Positions 19,207 to 30,209 of a stretch of DNA of 64,000 nucleotides are shown here, in pieces (position 1 is the stretch's first letter; every line of letters begins with the position of its first letter). The notes below the pieces were generated by a model. It saw only the letters and a program-made list of their open reading frames with translations. It was not told the origin of the DNA and made no database searches. The stretch lies in the NCBI GenBank assembly GCA_947626855.1, contig CANQTT010000001.1, positions 11,695 to 75,694 of the forward strand. Direction: 5' to 3'. A program made the position numbers and the translations under genes. The stretch is from an uncultured Bacilli bacterium. Lineage in GTDB: Bacteria > Bacillota_I > Bacilli_A > RF39 > UBA660.

Positions 19207-19407
19207 TTATTTTCCTAAGGCATAATGCACCGCATAGATTCCAATTGCTACTAAATAAAGGGCATCTACTAAGCGGAAATTTACTAAAAAACTACAAAAT
19301 ACTAAAAAGGCTATAAGGGATAGTATCCAAAAAACTTCCTTTACCACAATTTTTTCTTTTGTCGCCATAATTTTCTCCTCACAAGAATGAGTATAACATA
19401 AATTCAT
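19207..19407 (-). CDS. Small membrane hypothetical protein
   Basis: ORF only. Two hydrophobic segments. Real start possibly the internal MATKEK. Confidence 0.25.
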   Translation of the reverse strand: MNLCYTHSCEEKIMATKEKIVVKEVFWILSLIAFLVFCSFLVNFRLVDALYLVAIGIYAVHYALGK

Positions 19408-19471
19408 TTTTAGGAAAGGAAAAACATATCGACAAATTTAGTCATTTTACAGGATTTTACAAAAAAAAGGA

Positions 19472-21025
19472 CTACTGATTTAGTCCCTCTAAAAACTTTT
19501 CTTTATCAATACGGGCAAATAAAGGCTCTGGATCATGAACGGCTTTTCCGCTTTCTAAACTACCAAATTGATAGATACTTTCAAAGTCTGTTTTGTCAGT
19601 ATTTAACTGTTGATAAATCTTTTCAGATGTTTCTGGCAAAAAGGAATGAAGTAAAATTGCTCCAATACGAATGGATTCTAATAAATGATAAATTACAGTT
19701 TGTAATCTTTCTATCTTTCCCTCTTTAGCCAATGTCCATGGAGTCGTCTCATCGATGTATTTGTTGCTTCTTCTAAAGATCTCAAAAACAGCATCAATAG
19801 CATCTGCTACCCTTAGATTTTCCATCGCATCTATAGTCTTTGTAATCGCTTTTGATACAGTATCTTTCAAATCCTCATCTAAATCTTCCATCGTTCCCAT
19901 TTCTGGGACTACTCCATCAAAATACTTTTTATCCATAGAAATAGTCCGATTAACTAAATTTCCCAAGATATTAGCAAGATCAGAATTATATCGTTCAATC
20001 ATTAATTCATATGTTAAATTTCCATCATTCGCAAAAGGAATTTCATGAAGAACATAATAACGAACCGCATCTACACCAAATAAATCTGCTAAATCATCTG
20101 CATAAATAGCATTTCCTCTACTTTTGCCAATTTTATCATTGTTGGTAAGAAGCCATGGATGACCAAATACTTTCTTTGGTAAATCTAGTCCTAGTGACCA
20201 TAAAAAACAAGGCCAATAAATAGTATGAAAACGAATAATATCTTTCCCAATCAAGTGAAGATCGGCTGGCCAATATTTTTGAAACTCTTCTGTTGGAGTG
20301 TCTGGATCATAACCGATATTCGTAATATAATTTGTCAAAGCATCTAACCATACATACACAACATGTTTAGGATCAAAATCCACTGGAATCCCCCAACTAA
20401 AAGATGTCCTAGATACACAAAGATCCTGTAATCCTGGTTTAATAAAGTTATTAAGCATCTCATTCTTACGAGATTCTGGCTGAATAAAATCAGGATGACT
20501 TTCTATATACTCCACTAACCGATCTTGATATTTTGATAATTTGAAAAAATAAGCTTCTTCTTTTGCCTCTTTTACTTCTCTTCCACAATCAGGACATTTT
20601 CCATCTACTAATTGAGATTCTGTCCAAAAGGATTCACAAGGAGTACAATATAAGCCCTTATATTCCCCTAAATAAATATCTCCTTGATCATACATTTTCT
20701 TAAATATCTTTTGAACTTCTTCTTCATGTTTTTTATCCGTTGTTCTAACAAATCGATCATAACTCGTATTCATCTTATCCCAAATAGAACGAATGGTTCC
20801 TGCTACCTTATCTACATACTCTTGAGGAGTAACACCTGCCTCTTTGGCTTTTAATTCAATTTTTTCACCATGCTCATCTGTACCTGTTTGAAAATATACA
20901 TCATAGCCCTGTGCTCTTTTAAAACGAGCTATAGCATCGGCTAAAATGACTTCATAAGTATTTCCAATATGAGGTTTTCCAGATGTATAAGCAATGGCTG
21001 TTGAAATATAATATTTTTCTTTCAT
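19472..21025 (-). CDS. metG: Methionyl-tRNA synthetase (short form, no C-terminal tRNA-binding domain)
   Basis: HIGNTYEV (HIGH) and KMSKS-equivalent KIGKSRGN motifs. Zinc knuckle CPDCG. Confidence 0.9.
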   Translation of the reverse strand: MKEKYYISTAIAYTSGKPHIGNTYEVILADAIARFKRAQGYDVYFQTGTDEHGEKIELKAKEAGVTPQEYVDKVAGTIRSIWDKMNTSYDRFVRTTDKKHEEEVQKIFKKMYDQGDIYLGEYKGLYCTPCESFWTESQLVDGKCPDCGREVKEAKEEAYFFKLSKYQDRLVEYIESHPDFIQPESRKNEMLNNFIKPGLQDLCVSRTSFSWGIPVDFDPKHVVYVWLDALTNYITNIGYDPDTPTEEFQKYWPADLHLIGKDIIRFHTIYWPCFLWSLGLDLPKKVFGHPWLLTNNDKIGKSRGNAIYADDLADLFGVDAVRYYVLHEIPFANDGNLTYELMIERYNSDLANILGNLVNRTISMDKKYFDGVVPEMGTMEDLDEDLKDTVSKAITKTIDAMENLRVADAIDAVFEIFRRSNKYIDETTPWTLAKEGKIERLQTVIYHLLESIRIGAILLHSFLPETSEKIYQQLNTDKTDFESIYQFGSLESGKAVHDPEPLFARIDKEKFLEGLNQ

Positions 21026-21510
21026 TTTCTTTCCTCCTTGTTTGTACTTCCAATAGCTCCCTTTCTAACGGAAACAATTTCTTCCTCATCGTCTACCATC
21101 AAAAATTTTACAAAAATTCCTTGTACAATACGATCTCCTTTTTTGATAACAAAGTCTTCTTTTCCTTCATTTTGTAAACTAACCATAGCATGGCCTTCAT
21201 TAGTTTCATTATTGTAAAAATCACTTTCAAAGATTCCTACTTGATTGGTCAGACGTACATTATATTTAAAACCTGTACTACTTCTTACGACAAGCATCAT
21301 CATTTCATCTTCATTCATCATGATTTTAATTCCTGTTGGTATCTTCTTGATTTCTCCTGGAGGAATGACACAGTCAATAGGACTTTTAAAGTCATATCCT
21401 GCACTATATTTCGTATGCCTTTTAGGAAGCTCAAATGCTTCATATTCTTCCCGCGAAGAATTAATATCTTTCTTCCATTGCTTAAAACTAATTTTCTCAA
21501 ATTTTCTCAT
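21022..21510 (-). CDS. dUTP diphosphatase (YncF/YosS-type trimeric dUTPase)
   Basis: SAGYDF, VVRSSTGFK, IFESDFYN, KKGDRIVQ and GAIGST correspond to dUTPase motifs 1-5 of Bacillus YncF-type enzymes. Overlaps the metG start by 4 nt. Confidence 0.65.
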   Translation of the reverse strand: MRKFEKISFKQWKKDINSSREEYEAFELPKRHTKYSAGYDFKSPIDCVIPPGEIKKIPTGIKIMMNEDEMMMLVVRSSTGFKYNVRLTNQVGIFESDFYNNETNEGHAMVSLQNEGKEDFVIKKGDRIVQGIFVKFLMVDDEEEIVSVRKGAIGSTNKEERK

Positions 21511-21527
21511 CTTTTACACCTTCTTAC

Positions 21528-21768
21528 AAAAAAAATCACACCCTGAATAAGGGCGTGATGACGCGGTACCACCTTAATTTTTATATAAATTTCTTTATAT
21601 ACTCTTTCCCTTAACGCGGTTCTTCGTTTTATTCTTTCCCATAAAAAGCTCCAGACCCATTCGAAATAATTCTCATTTACTTGCTTTCACCTAACCAAGC
21701 TCTCTTTAAAATTGTCGTTATTCTTCTTTCCTTCAATGCCTTTGAATGGCTTCATTATAGCATATCTT
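21528..21768 (-). promoter_or_regulatory. T-box riboswitch leader (putative Met specifier) with terminator/antiterminator, upstream of dut-metG
   Basis: Minus strand carries the T-box sequence AATTAAGGTGGTACCGCG and a terminator hairpin ATCACGCCCT-TATTC-AGGGTGTGAT followed by T8. Stem I region has AGAGAG and AGUAAAUGAGAA (candidate AUG specifier). Confidence 0.7.
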
Positions 21769-22203
21769 TTAACATTCTTCAAGATATTTTTTTAAAAAGA
21801 AAGTGAGGAAAGAAAGCAGTTCTTGATATTTTTCATCTTTCGTACAAAACACCATTTTTCCTACTTCTTTGTTCTCTAAAAGAATAGGAGATTCTAAAAA
21901 ATCTTTCTCCTTTTTTTTCTCCTCTAATTTTTTTAAAGAGAGATGGGGAGGATAACTAATAATTTGCTTTTCTTCTAAAAGAAAGCCTTCGATATGATAC
22001 CGTTCATAAACGGTTGTTAACAATACTTCTCCTAAATGCTTTATTTCTTGAATACTAGAATATTTTGCAATTGCAATCGTATCTTCTTTGACAGTTAATT
22101 CTAATAGATCACCAGTATGAATATTTAAACTCTTTCTTACATCTTTTGGCAAAACTAACCTGCCTAAATCATCAATTCTTCGAACAATAGTAGTTTTTGA
22201 CAT
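21769..22203 (-). CDS. AbrB/SpoVT-family transcriptional regulator (swapped-hairpin N-domain plus C-terminal domain)
   Basis: N-terminal RRIDDLGRLVLPKDVRKSL matches the AbrB/MazE/SpoVT DNA-binding fold. In B. subtilis abrB flanks metS and spoVT flanks mfd. Confidence 0.65.
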   Translation of the reverse strand: MSKTTIVRRIDDLGRLVLPKDVRKSLNIHTGDLLELTVKEDTIAIAKYSSIQEIKHLGEVLLTTVYERYHIEGFLLEEKQIISYPPHLSLKKLEEKKKEKDFLESPILLENKEVGKMVFCTKDEKYQELLSFLTFFLKKYLEEC

Positions 22204-22239
22204 ACAAACTCCCTTCTAATAGTAGTTTGTTTTTTTTCC

Positions 22240-22308
22240 TTTTGTTTATACTTTGAATTTTTAAAATTGTGTGTTATAATCAGATAATGCTTGAAAGGAG
22301 TATTTAGT
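22240..22308 (+). promoter_or_regulatory. Putative sigma-A promoter (extended -10 TGTGTTATAAT) and RBS for the CBS-pyrophosphatase gene
   Basis: TGTGTTATAAT at 22270-22280. AAAGGAG at 22294-22300, 8 nt before the ATG at 22309. Confidence 0.4.
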
Positions 22309-23931
22309 ATGAAGGCCACTTTCATTATTGGTCATAAAAAGCCAGATACAGATAGTGTTTGTAGTGCGATTGCGTTAGCTTATTTAAAGAATACATTAGG
22401 AATGAATGCTATTCCTAGAATTTTAGGACCTATCAATAATGAAACAAAATTTGTTTTAAATTATTTTCATGTTAAAGAACCTATGTATCTAAATGATGTA
22501 AAACTTCAAATTAAAGATATTGATTACGGAAAAAATCTAGTATGTGAAAAACAGGAATCTCTGTATGATGCAGTCATGTATATGCAACAATATCACTTAA
22601 GCTCTATTCCCATAGTCAATCATAAAAGAAAATTTTTAGGTTTACTTTCCATGAAAGACATTACCAAAGAATTAATCAGTTGGGACTATGATATCTTAAA
22701 AACTTCTTATGATAATATTTTAAAAACACTACATGCCGAGGAAATTCTCCGTTTTGACGAAGAAATAACAGGTAATGTATTGGTTGCCTCTTTTAAAAGT
22801 ACTACTTTTATTCAAGATATTGCTTTGGATAATTCCTCTATTTTAATTGTCGGAGATCGCCATAGCATTATTGAATATGCCGTCGAATCAGGAGTAAAAT
22901 TACTGATTATTACGGGAAATAATGAGATTAAAGAAAAGCATTTAGAAATCGCTAAAAAGAATCACGTAAACATTGTAAAAACACCCCTTAGAACGTTTAA
23001 TATTGTCAAAGTAATTGGCTTGTGTAATTATGCTGAAACCCTTATGTACAAAGATAATATTGTTGCTATTCAAGAGAAGGATTATGTAAAAGATTTTATT
23101 GAACTATCTAATAGACTGCGCTATAAAGTATTTCCAGTATTAAACCCAATTAAAGAATGTTTAGGGGTTGTTCAAATAGCTGATACGATTAATAAACATC
23201 GGAAAAAAGTAATTCTAGTAGATCACAATGAAATCGATCAGAGTGTAGATGGTCTTGAAGAAGCAGAAATTGTTGAGATTGTAGATCACCATAAAATTGG
23301 TACAATTGGAACTTCTCTTCCTATTAATTTTAGAAATATGACATTAGGATGTACTTGTAGTATTGTTTACCTATTATTTCAAGAAAATAAAGTAAAAATT
23401 CCCAAAGAAATTGCTGGAATTATGTTAGCAGCTATTATTTCGGATACTTTATTGTTCCGTTCTCCAACGACAACTGAACTAGATAAAGAAATCGCTCAAA
23501 AATTATCTAGTATCGCCGGGGTAAAAATTGAAAAATTTGGATATGAGATGTTTAGAAATGGCTCTTCTTTAAAAGGAAAAAGTATGGAAGATATTCTTTA
23601 TACCGATTTTAAAGATTTTTCTCTTGAAAATAATAAAATTGGAATTAGTCAATTCAATACTTTAAATATTGAGGAACTAGAAGAGCTTAAAAACGATTTC
23701 GTGAAAACACTTGCTAAAATCAAAGAAGCTCAAGGGTATCAGATGCTATTATTATTCGCAACCGATATTATCAAAGAAGGATCTTATATTTATTATACGG
23801 AGGAAAGTAAAGAGATTCTAGAAAAAGCATTCGATATTGAAAATCTTAGTCAAGGTTACTTTCTTCCATCTATTGTCTCAAGGAAAAAACAAATCATCCC
23901 TGCCCTTGTTGAGGTATATGAGGAAAAATAA
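22309..23931 (+). CDS. CBS-domain family II (DHH-DHHA2) inorganic pyrophosphatase
   Basis: DHH N-domain (HKKPDTDSVCSAIA, DHH-like VDHNE), a central CBS pair, and C-terminal DHHA2 (DHHKIG...GCTCS). Start moved to the ATG at 22309 behind the RBS. Confidence 0.75.
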   Translation: MKATFIIGHKKPDTDSVCSAIALAYLKNTLGMNAIPRILGPINNETKFVLNYFHVKEPMYLNDVKLQIKDIDYGKNLVCEKQESLYDAVMYMQQYHLSSIPIVNHKRKFLGLLSMKDITKELISWDYDILKTSYDNILKTLHAEEILRFDEEITGNVLVASFKSTTFIQDIALDNSSILIVGDRHSIIEYAVESGVKLLIITGNNEIKEKHLEIAKKNHVNIVKTPLRTFNIVKVIGLCNYAETLMYKDNIVAIQEKDYVKDFIELSNRLRYKVFPVLNPIKECLGVVQIADTINKHRKKVILVDHNEIDQSVDGLEEAEIVEIVDHHKIGTIGTSLPINFRNMTLGCTCSIVYLLFQENKVKIPKEIAGIMLAAIISDTLLFRSPTTTELDKEIAQKLSSIAGVKIEKFGYEMFRNGSSLKGKSMEDILYTDFKDFSLENNKIGISQFNTLNIEELEELKNDFVKTLAKIKEAQGYQMLLLFATDIIKEGSYIYYTEESKEILEKAFDIENLSQGYFLPSIVSRKKQIIPALVEVYEEK

Positions 23932-23951
23932 AATGATATTCCATCTGGATA

Positions 23952-26900
23952 TCATTTTATTTTTTTAGATTCATTAATAATTTTAAGCAAATCCATTAGA
24001 TAATAAATGTAGTGTTTATCAAGATTGATAGTATCTAGGGTAATGATTAACTCTCTATTTTTCATACCAAAGCGAAATTTACGAGTTAAGGAACAAACTT
24101 TTAAGAACAGTTCATCCCCATTGATGTTGTCAGTAAGTTCTTTAGGAAGATGAACTTCAATAAAGTTTTTCGTTTGAATAATTTTTTTAATGTTAAGTTT
24201 TTTAGCCTCTGTTTCAAATAATTCTTCTCGCATATAAATAAGAACTTCTTCTTTTAAAGTACCAAAACGATCTTCTAATTCCTGTTTTACTTTTTCAAAA
24301 TCTTCTTCAGTATGGATTTCATTAATCATCTTATGAATTTCAATTTTAAGGTCTTCTTCTTTTACATAATCATCAGTGATTGTCGTAGATACTTCCAAAA
24401 GTGGTTGATCTGTTGTTTCTTCTTCTTCAACTTTCTCCCCTTTTAGTCGTTTTACTTCATCATTTAACATTCGAATAAATAATTCTACGCCAACACTATC
24501 TACAAAACCAGCTTGTTCACTTCCTAAGATATCTCCTGCTCCACGGATAGCAAGATCACGCATAGCAATACTAAATCCGCTTCCTAGTTCTGTAAATTCT
24601 TTAATAACACTCAATCTCTTTGTTGCCACATCACTTAGTATCTTTCCTTTGTTATACATGAGATAGCAATAAGCAATTTTATTACTTCTTCCTACCCTTC
24701 CTCGGATTTGATAAAGTTGAGATAACCCAAAGCGATCGGCATCGATAATAATTAATGTATTAACACTTGGAATATCGATACCTGTTTCAATAATAGTCGT
24801 ACAAAGGAGTATATCATATTCCTTTTCCATAAAATGAATCATGACATCCTCTAAAATATCTTTATCCATTTTTCCGTGAGCAGATACAATTCTAGCTTCT
24901 GGGACTAAAGACTGTATTTCACGAGCTTTTATTTCCATATCTTCGATATGATTATAAAGAATAAATACTTGCCCTTTTCGTGCTAATTCTTTATAAATAG
25001 CATCTTTTATAATCTGTTTATTTTCTTCTAATACATAAGTTTGAATGGGATAACGATTCGTTGGCGGTGTTTCAATCAAAGAAAGACTTCTAACTCCTGT
25101 CATAGACATTTGAAGAGTACGAGGAATTGGCGTTGCAGAAAGTGTTAAAACATCAATATTATTTTTATATTGTTTTATTTTTTCTTTATGTTTTACACCA
25201 AATCTTTGCTCCTCATCAATTACTAATAGACCTAGATTTTTAAATACGACATCGTCACTTAAAATACGATGAGTTCCAATGAGAAGATCAACTTTTCCTT
25301 GTTTTAATCTTTCCAAAATAACCTTTTGTTTTTTAGCAGGGACAAAGCGATTCATAAGTTCTATTTCTACTGGATAACTTTTAAAACGTTCTAAAGCATT
25401 ATGATAATGCTGATTAGAAAGAATGGTTGTTGGACATAAAAATGCTACTTGTTTCCCTGACATAATGGCTTTAAAAATGGCACGAAAAGCCACTTCTGTC
25501 TTTCCATATCCAACATCTCCACAAAGAAGTCGATCCATAGGATGATTACTTTCCATATCCTTTTTTATTTCGTCAATTACTCTTAATTGATCTTGTGTTT
25601 CTTCATAAACAAATTCTTTTTCAAAAGCTATTTGCTCCTCATCATCCTTTTGAAAAGCAAATCCTTCCGTACTTTCTCGTAAAGCATAAAGTTCTAAAAG
25701 TTCAGAAGCTATATTTTCTAGTTTTTCTTTTACTCTTAGTTTTGTTTTCTGCCATTCTATGCCCCCTAATTTATTTAATCTTGGAGCTATTCCATCAGAA
25801 GCAGAATATTTACTGATTAATTCCAATTTTTCAACAGGAATATAAAGTTTATCTCCTCCCTTATATTCCAACATTAGATAATCTTTTTTTAAGCCGTTTT
25901 TTGTTAGAGTTTTAATTCCACAATATCTACCAATTCCATGGACATTATGAACGATATAATCCCCTATCTCTAGCTTATTAATATCTCTTACTTTACTACC
26001 AATTTTAAAGTTGGTCTTATAAGCAGATACTACTTCTCGTTTATTAAATATTTCTTTTTCACTGATAACAACATACTTGTCGAAAATATAGCCTTCTGAA
26101 ATTTTCGTAAGAATGATATTAATTTTATCTGGAAATAATTTCTGAAGATTTGTTAATACAAAATAAGGGTTTTCTAAAAAATCCATCAATTTATTTACAA
26201 GATAGCGATTACTAATCGCAAGAATAACCGTATAGCCATCTTTTAAATATTGATTTAATCGTTTATTAATCTCACTCTGTTTGCCTTGAAAATTGTCTAT
26301 TGGAAAGGTGGAATAATGATTTATTTTTTTTACCGTTGGAAGATCATTATCAAAGTTTACAAAATATAGTACTTCTTTTGGAAGTTCAAAAGGAAACATA
26401 TATTCTATATCTTCTTGATTATTGGTTCGATATTCTTCTATCTCTTCTAATAAAATTTTAATATTTGCTTCTAATTCTTGAAAATCGTTTAGAACAATAC
26501 AAGGATTTTCCACATAATCATAGAGATGAGCGGGAGTCACATACCGTGGTAAATATTTTTGTTTTTCTTCTTGCTCAATAGGTGTTCCCGTTAGAAATTC
26601 TGTACTTGGTGATAAAGAGATTTCTTTTAAGCGAGCAATAGTTAGTTGTGTTTCTACATTAAATTCTCGTATGCTTTCTATCGTGTCTCCCCAAAATTCA
26701 ATACGGATAGGATTTTCTCTACCAATAGGAAAAATATCTAAAACATAGCCTCGAACCGCAATTTCACCTGTTTTATTGACTAAAATTTCTCGTTGATAAC
26801 CAATGCAATATAGTTTTTCCACTAATTTTGCAATTTCTATTTCATCACCCATTTTTAAGGATAAATAACTATCTAAATAGACTTTTTTAGGTGGTAAAAA

Positions 26901-27242
26901 ACGAAGATAACCCATTAAATTCGTCACTATAATACATTTTTCTTCTGTTATTTTTTTTAGAGTCTCTAACCTGGTAATTTTAAATTCTGGAGAAATCGCC
27001 AATGCCTCACTAGTTAAAAAATCATCCATTGGGAAAAAATATACAGAATCTGTATAATTTAAGATTTTTTGAAAATAAGTATTCGCTTCATAGAGAGAAG
27101 AACACACAAAAATAAGGGAATGATTCTCTTTTTCTAACCGCTTTACAAGATATTGTACTTTTAATTCAGGAGTAAGACCAGATATTCCCTCTTCCTGATA
27201 AGAGAAATGACTTTTTTCAAATAAAGAAATAAGATTTTGCAT
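23952..27242 (-). CDS. mfd: Transcription-repair coupling factor Mfd
   Basis: UvrB-homology N-region, RNAP-interacting domain, SF2 helicase motifs ([26 protein letters not shown]) and TRG motif. pth-mfd adjacency. Confidence 0.9.
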   Translation of the reverse strand: MQNLISLFEKSHFSYQEEGISGLTPELKVQYLVKRLEKENHSLIFVCSSLYEANTYFQKILNYTDSVYFFPMDDFLTSEALAISPEFKITRLETLKKITEEKCIIVTNLMGYLRFLPPKKVYLDSYLSLKMGDEIEIAKLVEKLYCIGYQREILVNKTGEIAVRGYVLDIFPIGRENPIRIEFWGDTIESIREFNVETQLTIARLKEISLSPSTEFLTGTPIEQEEKQKYLPRYVTPAHLYDYVENPCIVLNDFQELEANIKILLEEIEEYRTNNQEDIEYMFPFELPKEVLYFVNFDNDLPTVKKINHYSTFPIDNFQGKQSEINKRLNQYLKDGYTVILAISNRYLVNKLMDFLENPYFVLTNLQKLFPDKINIILTKISEGYIFDKYVVISEKEIFNKREVVSAYKTNFKIGSKVRDINKLEIGDYIVHNVHGIGRYCGIKTLTKNGLKKDYLMLEYKGGDKLYIPVEKLELISKYSASDGIAPRLNKLGGIEWQKTKLRVKEKLENIASELLELYALRESTEGFAFQKDDEEQIAFEKEFVYEETQDQLRVIDEIKKDMESNHPMDRLLCGDVGYGKTEVAFRAIFKAIMSGKQVAFLCPTTILSNQHYHNALERFKSYPVEIELMNRFVPAKKQKVILERLKQGKVDLLIGTHRILSDDVVFKNLGLLVIDEEQRFGVKHKEKIKQYKNNIDVLTLSATPIPRTLQMSMTGVRSLSLIETPPTNRYPIQTYVLEENKQIIKDAIYKELARKGQVFILYNHIEDMEIKAREIQSLVPEARIVSAHGKMDKDILEDVMIHFMEKEYDILLCTTIIETGIDIPSVNTLIIIDADRFGLSQLYQIRGRVGRSNKIAYCYLMYNKGKILSDVATKRLSVIKEFTELGSGFSIAMRDLAIRGAGDILGSEQAGFVDSVGVELFIRMLNDEVKRLKGEKVEEEETTDQPLLEVSTTITDDYVKEEDLKIEIHKMINEIHTEEDFEKVKQELEDRFGTLKEEVLIYMREELFETEAKKLNIKKIIQTKNFIEVHLPKELTDNINGDELFLKVCSLTRKFRFGMKNRELIITLDTINLDKHYIYYLMDLLKIINESKKIK

Positions 27243-27282
27243 GCATATCTCTCCTTTCTACACGGAAAAAATGATAAACTTT

Positions 27283-27843
27283 TTATTTACCATTATATTT
27301 ATTCATTAAATTTTCAAAACTTAACTTAGAATAATCTTGAAAAATAGGAATGATTTGATTTAAAGTTTGGTCAAGAAGTTCCTTTTCTTCTTTGGAAAAA
27401 TGACCTAATACATAATCTTTAGTATCCATTAATTTATTATTAGAAATACCAAATTTAATGCGTTTATATTTCGTTGTACCTAAGTGCTGCTCAATATTTT
27501 TAATTCCATTGTGTCCCCCACTACTTCCTTGATAGCGAAGCCTCATACTTCCAACAGGAGTATCTAAATCATCATAAAGAATTAAAATATCATCTATTTT
27601 TATTTTAAAAAACTGTACAAAATCACTAACTACTTCGCCAGAAAGATTCATATATTTTTGAGGTTTTAAAAATATATACTTTTCTCCTTCATAGATAGCA
27701 TCAGCATATAACCCTTGAAATTTTTCTTTATTAAAATTTAGTTTTAAGAAAGAAGCTAATTTATCAAGAGCCATAAAGCCTACATTATGTCTCGTATTTT
27801 CATACTCTTTTCCAGGATTTCCTAGTCCAACAATTAATTTCAT
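27283..27843 (-). CDS. pth: Peptidyl-tRNA hydrolase
   Basis: MKLIVGLGNPGKEY...TRHNVGF N-terminal motif. Confidence 0.9.
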   Translation of the reverse strand: MKLIVGLGNPGKEYENTRHNVGFMALDKLASFLKLNFNKEKFQGLYADAIYEGEKYIFLKPQKYMNLSGEVVSDFVQFFKIKIDDILILYDDLDTPVGSMRLRYQGSSGGHNGIKNIEQHLGTTKYKRIKFGISNNKLMDTKDYVLGHFSKEEKELLDQTLNQIIPIFQDYSKLSFENLMNKYNGK

Positions 27844-27844
27844 A

Positions 27845-28690
27845 CTAATGATCCTCCTGCTTTAAATATTCCTGATAAACCTCATTTTTTTTCATTCCTC
27901 GTTCTTTGGCAACTTGTTTCATTGCATCCATTTTATTCATTCCTTCTTTTAAATAGATATTGATGTGTTCTTTTAAAGAAAGAGAAGAAAAATCAAATTT
28001 CTCTTTATTTCCCTCTACTATGATAACCATCTCGCCTTTCGCATCCATTATTTGAGGAAGAATTTCGGAAATGGTTCCACGGTAGACCTCTTCATACTTC
28101 TTAGTTATTTCCCGGGAAATACTAATTTGTCTATTTCCCAAAATTTTTTGCATACAAGTTAAGGTTTCTTCTATCCGATGAGGAGCCTCGTAAAAGATTA
28201 AAGTGGCTCTTTCACTCTTCAAAGAAGATAACTCTTTTTCTTTTTTAGAAGTTTTACTATTTAAAAATCCATAAAATAAGAATGGCATAGGAGCAATTCC
28301 TGAAGTAATAAGAGCGGGAACGAGAGCAGTCGCTCCAGGAAGAGCAACTACATGATATCCAGAGGCAATGACAAAACGAGCCAATTCATATCCTGGATCA
28401 CTTATGACTGGTGTTCCTCGATCACTTACCAAGCCAACCATTTTGCCATCCTGCAAATATTCTAGAATTTTTTGATGATTCTTTTCCTCATTGTGTTCAT
28501 GATTGGCAATCATCTTCTTTTTGATACCTAAATAGTTTAATAAAAGTCCAGTTTCTCTTGTATCTTCACAGAATAAAACATCAACACTCTCTAATGTTTT
28601 AACGGTTCGATAGGTTAAATCATCCATATTTCCAATTGGTGTTGGAATTAAATAGAGAGTGGGAGTTCCATCATAACTTTTTTGGCTCAT
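27845..28690 (-). CDS. rsmI: 16S rRNA (cytidine1402-2'-O)-methyltransferase RsmI (YabC-like tetrapyrrole-methylase fold)
   Basis: LYLIPTPIGN start and EDTR motif of the RsmI family. Conserved position next to the yabB-like methyltransferase. Confidence 0.8.
   Translation of the reverse strand: MSQKSYDGTPTLYLIPTPIGNMDDLTYRTVKTLESVDVLFCEDTRETGLLLNYLGIKKKMIANHEHNEEKNHQKILEYLQDGKMVGLVSDRGTPVISDPGYELARFVIASGYHVVALPGATALVPALITSGIAPMPFLFYGFLNSKTSKKEKELSSLKSERATLIFYEAPHRIEETLTCMQKILGNRQISISREITKKYEEVYRGTISEILPQIMDAKGEMVIIVEGNKEKFDFSSLSLKEHINIYLKEGMNKMDAMKQVAKERGMKKNEVYQEYLKQEDH
28117..28130. promoter_or_regulatory. Perfect Noc-binding-site (NBS) palindrome ATTTCCCGGGAAAT inside rsmI
   Basis: 14/14 match to the B. 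subtilis NBS consensus, with palindromic flanks (TATTTCCCGGGAAATA). Only such site seen in the window. An extended GC-palindrome is rare in this AT-rich sequence. Confidence 0.55.
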
Positions 28691-28699
28691 ACTATCACC

Positions 28700-29425
28700 T
28701 CAATTGTTTTCAAAGTATTTTTGAATTTCGTCAGTATATTCTCCATTCTGTTGATGGCTATAAAGAGGCGGAAGAATTTTTATTCCTGGTTTTCCCATTT
28801 TTCTTCCCTCAATGAGTAGAATATTGGCTTCCTCATTTGGATGTGGATAAACCAATTCTATTTTCTTAGGTTCAATATGATACTTTCGCATGGTTTCTAA
28901 AATATCAATGAGTCGTTCTGGACGATGAACAATCCCAAGTACTCCGTTATAGGCAAGTAGCTTACTACTGATTTGAATGCATTGTTCTAGATTTAATGTA
29001 ACTTCATGACGGGCAATCGTCTTGTATTCACTCTCATTTATATTAGAAGATTTTTGATATTTAAAATAAGGGGGATTACAAGTAATAACATCAAAAGAAT
29101 CTGGCTCGAGACTTTGAGCTACTACATTAATATCACCCTCTAAAATGGTAATTTGCTTTTCTAAATGATTATACAATACGGATTCTTGAGCTAATTTCGC
29201 TATTTCTGGTTGAATTTCCACTCCAATAATAGGACAATCTACTTTCGTTGATAAAATAAGAGGAATGGGAGCATTGCCGGTTCCAATATCCAATATTTTT
29301 TTTGTTTTCTTAGGCAAAGTTACAAAATTGGGAAGCAAAATAGAATCTAGGGAAAAGTGAAACATTTCACTATCCTGATAAATGTATAAATTTTTATAGC
29401 CTAATAGATAATTTTTAACTTTCAT
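28700..29425 (-). CDS. SAM-dependent tRNA (adenine-N6) methyltransferase, YabB/TrmN6-like
   Basis: DIGTGNAPIPL SAM motif I and NPPY catalytic motif. Confidence 0.7.
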   Translation of the reverse strand: MKVKNYLLGYKNLYIYQDSEMFHFSLDSILLPNFVTLPKKTKKILDIGTGNAPIPLILSTKVDCPIIGVEIQPEIAKLAQESVLYNHLEKQITILEGDINVVAQSLEPDSFDVITCNPPYFKYQKSSNINESEYKTIARHEVTLNLEQCIQISSKLLAYNGVLGIVHRPERLIDILETMRKYHIEPKKIELVYPHPNEEANILLIEGRKMGKPGIKILPPLYSHQQNGEYTDEIQKYFENN

Positions 29426-30209
29426 CTATTTCTTTCTCTAACTCTACAATGCCTACATCCGGAATATTTACTCGATAAGTCCCCTTTAAAACATCAATAC
29501 TGATGACTTTTCCTTCGCCTTTTTCGGTGACTACTTTCTTTCCTACTTTTGGTAAGCCCTTGCGACAATCTTTATAGCATTCATCTTCATATTTTAGACA
29601 GCATAATAATCTTCCACATACTCCATTAATTTTGGTTGGGTTTAAGGCAATATTTTGATTCTTTGCCATATTGATAGATACAGAATCAAAATCTGTTAAA
29701 AATTTAGCACAACAAAGAGGTCTTCCACAAGATCCATAACCACCAATTTCTTTTGCTTTATCACGAACCCCTATCTGTCGCAATTCAATTCTAGTTTTAT
29801 AAATATTGGCTAAATCTTTCGCTAATGCCCGAAAATCTACTCTTTCATCTGCCATAAATCTAAAAAATAGTTGCGAACGATCTAATGTGAAACTAGCATC
29901 GATAACGTACATATTTAACTTGTATTTTTGAATCAATTCTTTACATTTTTTTAATGCTTTCTTCTCGTCGGCAGCATTTTTTTCTTGCTTTTCTATATCT
30001 TCCGCGGTTGCCTTTCGAAGGACAGGACTTAAAGGAGATATTAATTTTTCATCAGGGATTTCAAAGATTTCTGTGTCTACATATCCTAATTGCAATCCTC
30101 GTTCTGTTTCAACGATGACTTTATCTTGAATTTCATAACTTTCTTCCTTAGGCGAAAAATGATAAACCTTACCATTATCCTTAAATTTTATACCTATCAC
30201 TTTTATCAT
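29415..30209 (-). CDS. ricT: PSP1-domain protein RicT/YaaT
   Basis: PSP1 C-terminal domain with Cys cluster GSCGRPLCC...CGRLLCC. Conserved position after holB. Confidence 0.75.
   Translation of the reverse strand: MIKVIGIKFKDNGKVYHFSPKEESYEIQDKVIVETERGLQLGYVDTEIFEIPDEKLISPLSPVLRKATAEDIEKQEKNAADEKKALKKCKELIQKYKLNMYVIDASFTLDRSQLFFRFMADERVDFRALAKDLANIYKTRIELRQIGVRDKAKEIGGYGSCGRPLCCAKFLTDFDSVSINMAKNQNIALNPTKINGVCGRLLCCLKYEDECYKDCRKGLPKVGKKVVTEKGEGKVISIDVLKGTYRVNIPDVGIVELEKEIDES

Noticed and set aside
23690-23720. TTTCGTGAAAACA as a parS half-site
   Set aside because: Only one degenerate half. The spacing is wrong and there is no palindromic partner.
25595-25816. 73-aa plus-strand ORF inside mfd
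   Set aside because: Antisense within a highly conserved helicase region. Spurious.
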